Positions 10,491 through 21,374 of a stretch of 64,000 nucleotides of DNA are shown in pieces. A model generated the notes under the pieces. That model searched no databases. It was not told the origin of the DNA and saw only the letters and a program-made list of their open reading frames with translations. This DNA comes from the human T2T-CHM13v2.0 reference genome, Homo sapiens, in the NCBI RefSeq assembly GCF_009914755.1, contig NC_060948.1. One strand, given 5' to 3'. The position numbers and the translations under genes are program-made. Position 1 is the first letter of the stretch. Every line of letters begins with the position of its first letter.

Positions 10491-12560
10491 AGGACTTTCT
10501 CATGGTTTCTGAGCTCCTTGCTCTCACCAGAAAGAATCAGAACTTTTAAAGTGTTCTTTATGCCAACTTAAATTTTTCATTTTTACTACCTCATGTTTTG
10601 GATGAGGCATGTATTTTTAAATTTATTTTCACCCTTATTGTACCTCTATGATAAACTGCTTGCTTACATTCATACCGTAATTATCTCTCAGGTTACTTGT
10701 CTGTTCCTAAAGATTCACTGAAACGAAGAATTCTATATATGCTTGTATCTTTCAGCAACCGTATGTCAGATAGCACTGCACATTACTGCAGACATCGCAT
10801 ATACAGGTCCAAAGGTAGAGGAAGAAGAAGAAAGCAAGCGTTAAGCTCTATACATTCCTAAAAGCATATCAGAAACTCACAAATAAGAGTGAAATCAAAG
10901 AATGATCACAGCCAATTCCATTACATACCTAGACTGAAATACGAAACTTCAAAGAAAAGAAACATTAGAACTTTGGGTTTGTAAAAATTTTCCTATATAG
11001 ATAAAATTATTGGTAACTGTGTCTCACTAGAAAACGTAAACAAAAGTCCATGTTTTTCATATTTGTAAATATACATAGTTTTATTTCCATCAGTTATGAC
11101 ATGCAAGCAAGTAATAAAGTGAAAGTACAATCAAATGATATATGGAACTTCCTCAGTCTTAAAATATTCCATGGAGACTATCAATTTTATGAAAACTATA
11201 AAGAATGCTTCATGAAACTACATTGTACAGTGCCATTTACTATTTTACTGACATTTTAAATAATCAACAATTAAAGGGAATACATCAACATTATTTAATA
11301 CCAATAACGTTATTTTTCTTGAGTAATCCTGTTGAAATTAAGGATTTTAAATAAAACATTAAAAACAAATTATATTGACTGATTTCAGCTTTGGATGAAA
11401 TCATACTTGTGTATTTGTAGTAATGCGAAGCATAACTTTCTCCTCACAATTAATCTTTTATAACATCGGTGTTATAGTTTTCTCTGACACCAACATTGTG
11501 ATATCGCACAGGTTTACTGCATGCATGCATTACATGCCTCCAGAGAGTAGGCTTCAAATATATGGAAAAATTATATTTATGAAAAAATTCTAGGAAAGGG
11601 AATGGTGAAATGGAAGAGAATTTCTCACTTGCTAACTGTTGGACATGGATTTGTATATATTTGGATATAGACACATACTGGCACACTGTGAGTTTGCCCA
11701 TGTATATATACACTTATATGAGAAACCCATAATATATGGGTTGTGTAATCTTTTAATTAATCCATAATTGTATGTGTGTGAAATTAGATAAGCGGTTACC
11801 TTTTCTTTACTCAATTTGATGGAAAGCCAAAAAACTCTGTCCACCTTCATTTCAATTAATCCAATACTGTTAACTGCTGGTAGCTTCATTCTCCTTGTTC
11901 TCTTACGGCAACCGGAAAGTTAATTCTCGCTCTAATTTGGCTTTCAAGGTGCGATCAACAAGAGTGTCACCTTGCTGTGGATTGTGACCTCTGACTCCAC
12001 CTCTGTCTTCCTTTTGCAGTCCTACCTTTGCATAGGTAACAAACTTTGTACATGGTTAAAAGGATAAAAGTTCAGTGAAATGTCAAGCCATGCTGTGAAA
12101 TGTTCCATAGTTTCTATATCTCTAATTGTCCTTTGATGTTATAGAGGCAAGAAAAATAATTCAATGTTTTTCTTAGTATCTAGTCCAATGCACTCTTTCT
12201 TCATAATACTGCAAACAAGGCACTGACATGGAAACGTGGCTGGACGTCTCAAAATCTCTTCTCATTAATTACCATTATGTTAATCACTGTTGCCCACAAC
12301 TGGAATTGGACTTTGAAATCCCCTGGTGGAAATTGCTATAATGGCTCAAACTACTGGAAAGACTATCTTTTTTTTACCTGAAAATATCTGATGAGCATAG
12401 ACGTATGCTATATACAGGAACATATTGTACATTAACAACATACCATCACTGCCACTCAATAATAGGTATCCCAAACCTTTGAGCCAAACTGAGCTCGGGT
12501 GCTCCCACAAACCAAGCTTTTCCCTCCACAGATTTCTTATGTCAAAAAGCCACAACTCCA

Positions 12561-12866
12561 GGCCAGGCTTCGTGGCTCTTGTTGTAATTTCTACATTTTG
12601 GGAGGCCGAGGTTGGTGGGTCACTTGAGGTCAGGAGTTGGAGACCAGCATGGGCAACATGGCAAAAAGCTGTCTCTACCAAAAATACAAAAATTAGCCAG
12701 ACCTAGTGGCACTTTCCTGTGGTCCCAGCTACTTGGGAGGCTGAGGCAGGAGAACCACCTGAACATGGGTGGCAGAGATTGTATAGTAAGCCAAGATCAG
12801 ACTACTGCACTCCAGCCTGGATGACACAGCGAGACCATGACTGAAAAAAGAAAAAAAAAAAATAAA
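12561..12866 (+). mobile_element. Diverged full-length Alu; also 32838-33143 and 53138-53443
   Basis: GGCCAGGC...TTTGGGAGGCCGAGG...GAGGTCAGGAGTT...AAAAATACAAAAATTAGC...CTGCACTCCAGCCTGG plus an A-tail. CAACTCCA flanks both sides (TSD-like). Confidence 0.92.
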
Positions 12867-12911
12867 GGCAACTCCACTCGTCCACTGGCTTAGGTAAAAA
12901 GTACTGGAGTT

Positions 12912-13230
12912 GGCTGGGCTCGGTGGCTCACACCTGTATTCCCAGCACTTTGGATTTTGGGAAGCTGAGTCGGGCGGGTCACCTGAGATCTGTAGTAGGA
13001 GAGCAGCCTGGCCAACATGGTGAAGCCTGGCTTCTACTAAAAATACAAAACATTAGCTGAGCGTGGTGATGCATGCTTGTAATCCCAGCTACTGCAGAGG
13101 CTGAACCTGGGAGGCGGAGGATGTGTTGAGCTGAGATCCTGCCACTGCGCTCCAGCCTGGTCTACAGAGCGAGAGTACCCTGTGAGAAACAAAGGTGAAG
13201 AGAACAAGAAAAAAAAAATGAGAAAAATAA
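12912..13230 (+). mobile_element. Second diverged Alu (AluS-like); also ~33189-33507 and ~53489-53807
   Basis: GGCTGGGCTCGGTGGCTCACACCTGT...CAGCCTGGCCAACATGGTGAA...CTACTAAAAATACAAAA...CTCCAGCCTGG, followed by an A-rich tail. Confidence 0.9.
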
Positions 13231-13324
13231 GACCCACTGCAAAAGGTTGCCACAGAAAAGATTAAACATTTCAGCAACTTCTATCTTCTGTCATGGAAGC
13301 CAAGGTTATTTGGACCAAACCTCC

Positions 13325-13677
13325 TGTCTTAGTTCATTTTCACGCTGCTGAAGAAGACATACCTGAAACTGGGAATAAAAGGAGGTTTAATTGGACTGAC
13401 AGTTCCACATGGCTGTGGAGGCCTCAGAATCATGGTATACGAATAAAGGCACTTCTTACATGGCAATGCCAAGAGAGAATGAGGAAGAACCTGAGGCAGA
13501 AACCCCTGAAAAACCCATCAGATCCCGTGAGACTTCTTCACTGTCACAAGAATAGCATGAGAAAGACCGACCCCCATGATTCAATTACCTCCCCCTGGGT
13601 CCCACCCGCAACACGAGGGAATTCTGGGAGATACAATTGAAGCTGAGATTTGAATGGAGACACACCAAACCATGTCA
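13325..13677 (-). mobile_element. ERVL-MaLR solo LTR (THE1/MST family); also 33602-33954 and 53902-54254
   Basis: TG...CA termini and typical motifs (CAGTTCCACATGGCTG, CCCATGATTCAATTACCTCCC, GAGATTTG...CCAAACCATGTCA). The flanks CCTCC/CTTCC form a near-perfect 5-bp TSD. Confidence 0.88.
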
Positions 13678-14149
13678 CTTCCCAAACAATTAAAAATTCC
13701 CAATAGAAGAAGCATTAATTATATCAAAAAGTGGTGGACCAAGAAGGAACTATTAGCCTCATATCTCAAGAAAGACTCCAGTCAAGGCCTAGGGACTACT
13801 CATGAAAAGAGTTTAATAGCCGACTCTCTCCCAGTGGATCTGGATTCCACCGGACTGTATCTTCACAGTAAGGGTGAAACAGAAGCAAACCCATTCCTAT
13901 TTCCAAGCTCAAGGAACTTTGGTCAAAGTTCTCTTGGAGCTGAGCAGAACAAGGAGGCAAACAGAAAAGATTTGTGTCCCTGAGAAGTCATGGCCACAGG
14001 CTGGCTATCACACAGATTGTCAAGCCAGTTCCATATTGCATGGGTATTACAGAAAATCTCAAAACATAAATTTGTGTGTGGGTTGTCCCAGAGTAGCAGG
14101 ATCTGGCAGAAGGAAATTTCCTTCTAACCCTCAAAGAATCCACATAAAT

Positions 14150-15120
14150 CTTGTTACATTTGGGATTTTACGATTTGCTTCAGGAATGAGAATGGCCTTA
14201 ATTTTCATATCTTTTTCTACACTCAGTTTATGTCTTGTTGGCGTCAAAGTTCTGCTTGCTTCACACAATGAGTTTAGGATTTTCCCTTTTTTATTCTATA
14301 GAATTCTTCATATATATTGAAATGCTCTGCCTGGGGAAAAAAATCTGAGCCTAGCGTTTTATCTCTAGGAAGAATCCTTTATTTCCTTGAACATTTATGA
14401 GACTATACAGATTATATATGTCTTCTTGTATCAATTTTACTAAGCTATATACATAGCTTATGTTTATATATTATATATATAAATGTAAGATACAAATATA
14501 AAAATTATGTATAAATATGAAAATATATATAGAAAGCGATATATATGTCTATATATATAGACAGATTATAAATATCTGTCTATTTGATCTAAGTTTTCAA
14601 ATTTGTAGGTTAAGGTGTTAACGATATTTCCTTATTAGCTTCTTAATCTATGCTGTATCTATGGTTGTGTACCTTTTAAATTCTTAGTTTTATCTATGTT
14701 TTCTCCCTTTTTTTCTAAACTTGACTGACGGTTGCATCATTTATTATATTTCTCCAACAAGCAAAGGTTAGCTTTGTATGTTTTACTAATTTTGTCTACA
14801 TCATTATTCCCACACTTTAGTTTTTCAGAATTGATTCTGTTGTTTCTTTTCTAATTCTTTATTGAAATATCTAGTACATTAATTTTCAAGTTATTAGAGA
14901 AATATTTGTCTGTAAACTCCTATTGTAATATCACTTTTCTTGCTACTCACAGATTTAATCTTTAATATTGGCGGTATCATTGAGTTCTAAGTACATTTCA
15001 ATTCCTAGTATGATAATCTATGAATTGCTGAGAAATAGTGTTTACAATTTTGTTGTTCTATTTCCACTTAAGTTTATTTTTACTTCTGCTAACTCAATTG
15101 AAAATTCTTTACTAATTTTT
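14150..15120 (-). mobile_element. Very old T-rich L1-like fragment (approximate; repeated in units 2 and 3)
   Basis: CTGCTTGCTTCACACAATGAGTTTAGGA resembles antisense L1 ORF2, and the region is T-rich and degenerate. Confidence 0.45.
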
Positions 15121-15124
15121 AAAA

Positions 15125-15241
15125 TCCTTGAACCCAAGAGATGGAGGTTGCAGTGAGCTGAGATCAGGCCACTGCATTCCAGACTGAGTGACAGAGTGGA
15201 ACGAGATTTCAAAACAAAACAAAACAAAACAAAACAAAACA
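15125..15241 (+). mobile_element. Alu right-arm fragment with (CAAAA)n tail; also ~35402-35518 and ~55702-55818
   Basis: CTTGAACCCAAGAGATGGAGGTTGCAGTGAGCTGAGATC...CACTGCATTCCAG, then (AAAAC)6. Confidence 0.85.
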
Positions 15242-16789
15242 GTCACTGGAAAGATAATAAAATACATAAATGTGGGATGTAATATGTAATCGTGATAAAA
15301 TAAACTGGATTTTTTGTATAAGTTATACATATAAATGTAATGCCAAGACACTGATAAGACAACTCATGGTCTTATCTCAATACTTAGTGTCTTCATGTAA
15401 CATATGTCCTTTAGGATAGTTATAGTCCGTTTTCTTTCCAGGAGAGACAGATGAGAATGCAGAAATGTTAAAGTGCAAGGGACGGAAGCTTCCAGCTGTG
15501 CCCACCTGTAACCTGACGTAGACAGTTCCACCGTTTGCTTCATTAATCATGCCAAAGGCTCTAATGCAAATGTGGTACAGAGTCACATGTTTTTGTATCT
15601 ACATGATAGAAACTATAACTTCATCCCTATATAGAAGGGTATATAGCATATGCCTCAGTGATAAATATAAGTGAATCATTGATCAGTAGGAAACCATTTT
15701 AAAAGTCTTTCATAACAGAACAAAATCCCTGAAAACATTTTCTTCTCAATCTCTGAGTTTTCTTACACGGCTTATGAATCTCTAGCCATACTAAAGAGAT
15801 AGTATGCTGCTCTTCCCACAAATTATTCATTGTATATAATTCCTGTAATCTAATAACAGTACCTTTACACCTCAGGGTTTAAAATGACTCCAACCTTTTT
15901 CTGTTTCTCCAATTAAAATAACTTTTTTAAGGTTTAATCTTCAGTAATTTTTTGTAGTAATATTTTTGAAGGTATTTGACCAGGATGATTTGCTTATATA
16001 CCTACCTGACGTCTCCCTTTCTTCTGAATACATATTTTATTACCCACCTATTAGATCTAAGTTTAAGAAGTTGGAATAGGGATTTAAATCTAAATTCTAC
16101 ATTTGAATTTACAGGAGTCAGCGAGTCCGGGAAGTGCCTTTATGCACAGACCAATATCTGGCAATGGCACTAGGAGACAAATAAGCTTTACCAGTCTCAA
16201 AGCCCTGGCTACTACAGTGAATCCACCCTTCTCCTGGATCTTATCTACTTCAGCAAAAGAAGGCCACCCACTAAACCAGGCCCTTGTACTTTGGGTGGAA
16301 ACTCCTAAGTCCTCTAGTCTCCTCAAACAGACAGCCAGGCTGCCAATTTCCACAATAATAATTTCTATAGCACTGAGTCTTTGGTAGCCTTGTAACTATA
16401 GCTACTGATGCTACAGTCTGGTCCCTGTATGATAAAACACCAGAGCAACAGAAACAAAAATATTGACTGAAGCCTTCTAAAATCTCTCTAAATATACCTT
16501 CAATAAATATGGTTTTTTTTACAGAACGACTGCTTTCAGCTTCCTGAACTAACGCTTGGCCTTCGCTAGTTGTCACTGTTGAAATTGATTCAAAAGTGTA
16601 CATTTAACATGAAAGTCAACACAGAATTTCATGTGTCAGCAACTAAAATTTTCAAAATGTTGCAAAATACAAATGTGAAACTGTATTTGTGAAATTTACC
16701 ATTCATTGAAATTATATTTTCATACCTACCCAGGCACAGAATTTTTTATAACTGTCTGCATGTTCTCCTCATGTGGGGGAAAAGCAGCA

Positions 16790-16899
16790 TCAGCAGGCAG
16801 AGGAATCCTTTGAAGCTGGAGGGAGAGGTTGCAGTGATCTGAGAGTTTGCCACTTGACTGCAGCCTGGATGACACAGTGAGACTCCAACTGAAAAGAAA

Positions 16900-16936
<37 letters not shown>

Positions 16937-17001
16937 CCAAAATTGATAAGTAAAAAAAAAATCCATATTCGAAAACATGCTCACAGGCTAACTCCCATAT
17001 C

Positions 17002-17042
<41 letters not shown>
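16790..17042 (+). repeat. Alu right-arm remnant followed by two (CA)n microsatellites (~16903-16933 and ~17004-17042), length-variable between units
   Basis: GGAGAGGTTGCAGTGATCTGAG...CAGCCTGGATGACACAGTGAGACTCC, followed by directly visible CA tracts. Confidence 0.8.
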
Positions 17043-17044
<2 letters not shown>

Positions 17045-18174
17045 TCCTTGAAAACGAAAGTTCCACAAGGGCAAAACAAGAAAACAAATTTAACACCCCC
17101 CAAAGAAAGTACAAAGAGTAACCTCAAAAGAACCGCAGGGGAAAACAATTCAAAATTTACAAGTATCTACCCTAAAAGAAGCTGAAAGTCCCTCAAAAAC
17201 TTTCCAGAGGCCATGTCCTTGTATTACAAAAATGATCATAAAAACTGGCAGGAGTAGACGAATAGAAATGCATCTTAAAACTTGCTAAACCCTTCAAGTC
17301 TCCCATAAGAATTGTAATGGAAAATGGATCGGTCGGCAGCTTTTTCCATACAATTATGAACAAATTATATTTCTTCATACATAGATTTGTTTTTTCAATA
17401 TTCTAAGGAATTAACTTTTATATTAATAGTAGGTGATGTAAGAAAGCAGGCCTTTATCAAGATAACTGACACTGGATGTCCATACCATTACTCAGGTGGG
17501 CCTTAATTCCCAGCCGGGTTCCCTCCCTGGACACACACTGAAGGTCCCCAGCCATTTGGCAATCTCTTCACATTCCCAGCCCTGGAGGTAGCCCTAAAAT
17601 ACATGTACCTGAAGAAAATAAAACATTGCCTCACACTGGAGCCCAGTGTGGTCCTCCAGATTCCGTGTGAGGTGGACTAACTTATATGGGAAGGCAGGGC
17701 AGCGGGAGTGAGGATGGCAGAGAGGATTACACATGTCAAGGCAGCCGGGGTCATGGAAACAAAACATGACTGGCCTGGGAGAAACACTGTGAAAGGACAC
17801 AGACCTAGGTGGGCCTCAGGTGGACATCCTCGTGGAGAAAAAGGGGGCCCTGGTTGATCTCAAAATGAGCCCCAGGTGGTAGCAGGTCTTACCGCAGGGC
17901 AGGGAGCTGGCGAGTAATGATGAGACAGCTATCCCTTAAGCCCTGCTTGTCACCCACTGACTTTAGCCACATATGCATCATAGTGGCTTAAGGTGCCCCG
18001 ATCCTGAAATGTGGGTGTTACATGTCCCTGATGGGCCTCTCTCCCCCAGCCCACGGATTGCCTGGGATTGCTCACTGCAGTCTCCTCCCGGATCCTTGGG
18101 TTCTCCATGTGGGGCCCAGATCCAGGTCAAAAGGCCTCTCAGTTCCCAGCCCTTCCCAGCCCTAGGCTGCTCGC

Positions 18175-20400
18175 CTGGCCTCCTCTCTGTTCCGCCTCTA
18201 GGGCTGACCCTCTCTCCATGGGATAGAACTGCAATGGATTGAGCCATAGGCCCTGGCTGATGATCTAGGGGACTGCAGAAGTGGGTCCAGGACAGTTCAG
18301 GTGACAGTTCAAAGCCAATTCCCCAGAGACCAAGGAATGACCAGCTAGGTCCTTTCCCATGATGCCCCACGGCGAACCCCACCTCAGCAATCCTGCCAAA
18401 ACCCGGGCAGTCATGTTCAGCCAAACAGCTGAATGAGCTCAGGTAGGAGGTGTACTGCCTGCAGCTGGAGGCTTGACCTTCGTGATCCCAGAACCGCTGG
18501 ACTGCAGTGGAATGAGACACCCTGTAGCCTGCAGGGAGAGGAGTCAGGAAGGTTCATGCCAGTCCCACCCTCCCACACACCAGCTCCCCTACCATGCTGG
18601 GAGGCATTCCTTACCGAGGATGCCAACACAGTGCTCCTTCATGATGATTTCACTGTGGAAATAAAGGTTGGGATGAAAGGAAATCATCCTGCCACCGGTA
18701 ACCGGGATGGCTGAGTTCCTCCACCTGCCGGATCAAGGAGAAAGAGGATGGATTCAATGGGACCATCTCAACTAGCCGGGCTGAGGTGGCCTACTAGCTG
18801 TAGTGAACCATGAGTTTCCCCTTCCCAGCTCTCCCACTGAGACAACCCTGGTCCCCAGGGGGACCTCAAACTGACTCAGACACTGGACTCCTCCCACAGA
18901 CCCAGGCTCCCCAGCCTGACCTGCAAATCCATCACGTAGCAAAGCAGGACTTCCGCATGCTTTCCGACCCACGCCGACATCTCGTGTGCCAAACAATCTA
19001 CCTCTGCGCAAGAACTCTCCAGAGGATTGGGTGGGCAAGCCTCGTGACGCCTTGCAATTTCGCAAGAACACAGACAATGTGGAACAGGGCCATCTCCCAG
19101 ACATTTGGCCAGTCACCCTTCATTGTTGGCCCTCTATCTCTGTCTGGCGAGGAGGCAACGCCACAACTGTGGTGGTTTTTGGAGTGGGTGGACCCCGGCC
19201 AAGACGGCCTGGGCTGACCAGAGACGGGAGGCAGAAAAAGTGGGCAGGTGGTTGCAGCTGAGGGACGGGAGGGACCGGGGGTGGTGTGAGGCGGCTGCTT
19301 CTCTGAGTTTCTGAGATGCAGGAGGCCTTTGTGTGCTGGGTGCTGGACATGCTCCGCTGATGTCCGGGTGTGTGGTGTCCTCTTATCCTAGTCTCCCTGA
19401 GGGGTGGGCCTGTCCACCTGAGGGAAGCCTTGTAGTTAGAAGCCACAGCAGGGTCGTGCCTGGCGCTCTCCAAGGGAATTGCGTGGGTCCAGAGGAAGTT
19501 ATACAGGCTCAGGGCCTACACGCCTTTGAGTGCAGCGCCTGCAGTTGGATGAATGCGCATCTGCGGAGCTGGTGCCCGCCGTCAGGTGGTCGGCAGCCCC
19601 ATGCGCCGCGAACCCGTCTTAAGCACCTTGCGTTTCTGGGGTGAGCCTGCTGGAAACAGGCACCGAGAGCAGGGGTGGTTCAATGGCTGGTAATGGCATA
19701 CAGATTCCCCGTCCTCCAGGGACGTTCCCAGGGAAACGCGTCCTTCGAATTTGGGCTGTGCGCAAAGGGACCTTGGCGCCGCGATTCTCCCTTGTCAGTG
19801 CTGGCCCTGGCTCCCCTTCCCTACCACGTGCTCCCAGGGCTGCTACAAGCGAGCTGCCCTCACAGCTGCGGGAACGTGGCCTCGGCTCCCACGCTGTCCC
19901 CCATCCCCTGCCTCCTGGCTGACCCCACGTGCCTCCCACCTGGCTCCTCCCCGCAAACAGCCCCCATACCCCCCGAGGCCCGATGACTATCCCCTGCTGC
20001 CCGCCATCCCAAATCGGCAGCCGCAAGGATATGGCTCTGGCTCACAAGGCGGAGATGCTCTGTGGCCTGGGGCATTCACGGAGCCCAGCTCCAAGTGAAG
20101 GACCTCCAGCGAGTCCATTGACGGCCCCGGTGTGCTCGGTCCAGGGCCAGGCTGTGCCCGCTGGCCCTCCTTCTGCCACCCCACGTCGGGCTCCACCTCA
20201 ACCACCACCTCCACCTCAGCCATGATGTCTTCCACCTTCAGCACCGCCTCCTCTTCCAAGGCCGCCTCCTTGCTCTGTACCCCGGCCGTCCTCTCCAGCA
20301 TTGCCTCCAGCCTGAACACGGTTTTCTCCTGGGTGCTCCCACAGACCCTGGGCCTGCGCAGCCCAGCCCAGCCCAGCCCATGCCCCGCACCCGTAGGCTC
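18175..20400 (-). pseudogene. FAM197Y: Inverted degenerate TSPY paralog A (exon 1-5 homologs; region annotated as FAM197Y-type antisense transcript), unit 1
   Basis: Minus-strand exon homologs: exon1-like ~20033-20400 (VCGSTQEKTVFRLEA...[18 protein letters not shown]), exon2-like 18921-18997, exon3-like 18615-18724 (VEELSHP..PNLYFHSEIIMKE), exon4-like 18383-18528 (YRVSHSTAVQRFWD...GRIAE), exon5-like 18175-18264 (IISQGLWLNPLQFY). Frameshifts are present. The FAM197Y name comes from recalled knowledge of the unit. Confidence 0.85.
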
Positions 20401-21374
20401 TGGGGGCCCGCTCCCCAGCAGACCCGCTCCCTGCAAGACCCACGGGCGTCGCCCTGCTGTGAACCTGGTCCCACACCTACGTGGACCCAGGTTTCCTGAG
20501 GAGCTCCGCTGGACCCGCAGATCCCGCACTGGCCAAAGGGCTCCGGTCCCCAGCAGGCTCAACTGCGCACAGGAGCTCGGGAGCCAGAGGCCCCGGCCCT
20601 GGGCTTGCAGAGCCCCACCAACAGGCACCGCAACCGCTGCTGCGGGTGCGGGAGCCTCTGGGTCGTCAAGGCAGCGCACAACAGCGTGCGCGCAGGCCGA
20701 CAATGGCCACCCCTGGCGGCTGGCCTCTGGTGTGCCCAGGGCATAGGACAAGAGGCCCTTTGGAATGCTCCTTGGAGTACAGCATCCTCAGGGAGGAAGC
20801 ATGGTACTCGGAGCCTCTATTTGCCTCGACCTGTGAGAGTGTGTGCCGGGGCTCTGGCCTCTACAGCAGATCAATTCCACCTCAGCACCGGCAGGCGACT
20901 TTCCTCCCACGTGCCCGCCCCGATCACTTCCCCCAGGACACCCCTGCCGCCCTAGCCCCAGCAACCAGAGAGAGTTCTCTGCATCTGCTGTATTACCTCC
21001 GTACCATCTACCTGGCCTGCCTAACGAAGAGAGATGTTTCCTGTGTTCATGACACATAGAGATGTTCATGGCTTGCCACACTGAGGATGTCAGGGCACAG
21101 GGCTGCCATGCCCACAATTCCAAAGGCCACGCAGCCCGCGTGTGCCCGGATGCCTAGCTACCCGGCACAAGCTCCAAGGGCTTCTCGGAGGAGGCTTGGG
21201 CAGGGAAGGCGGGGGGTGGGGGGGCTGGAGATGCAGGCCCGCCAGTGGCTGTGCCGCCCAGGGAGACGCCCACCGCCCTCCCATTGATTGGCCACGACCG
21301 GAGGAAGTCGGCCTGGGTGCGGCCCCCCGGCCCTTCGCGCGCAGTCCCTTAGGGGGCGCCTGGAAGCCCGGCGC

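Noticed and set aside
13293-14320. Chain of 110-150 aa ORFs
   Set aside because: They overlap the MaLR LTR and old repeat sequence and show no recognisable domain.
19987-20751. 254-aa minus-strand ORF as a novel protein gene
   Set aside because: It has a non-ATG start and is a GC-rich open frame running through the degenerate TSPY exon-1 homolog. Downstream exon homologs are frameshifted.
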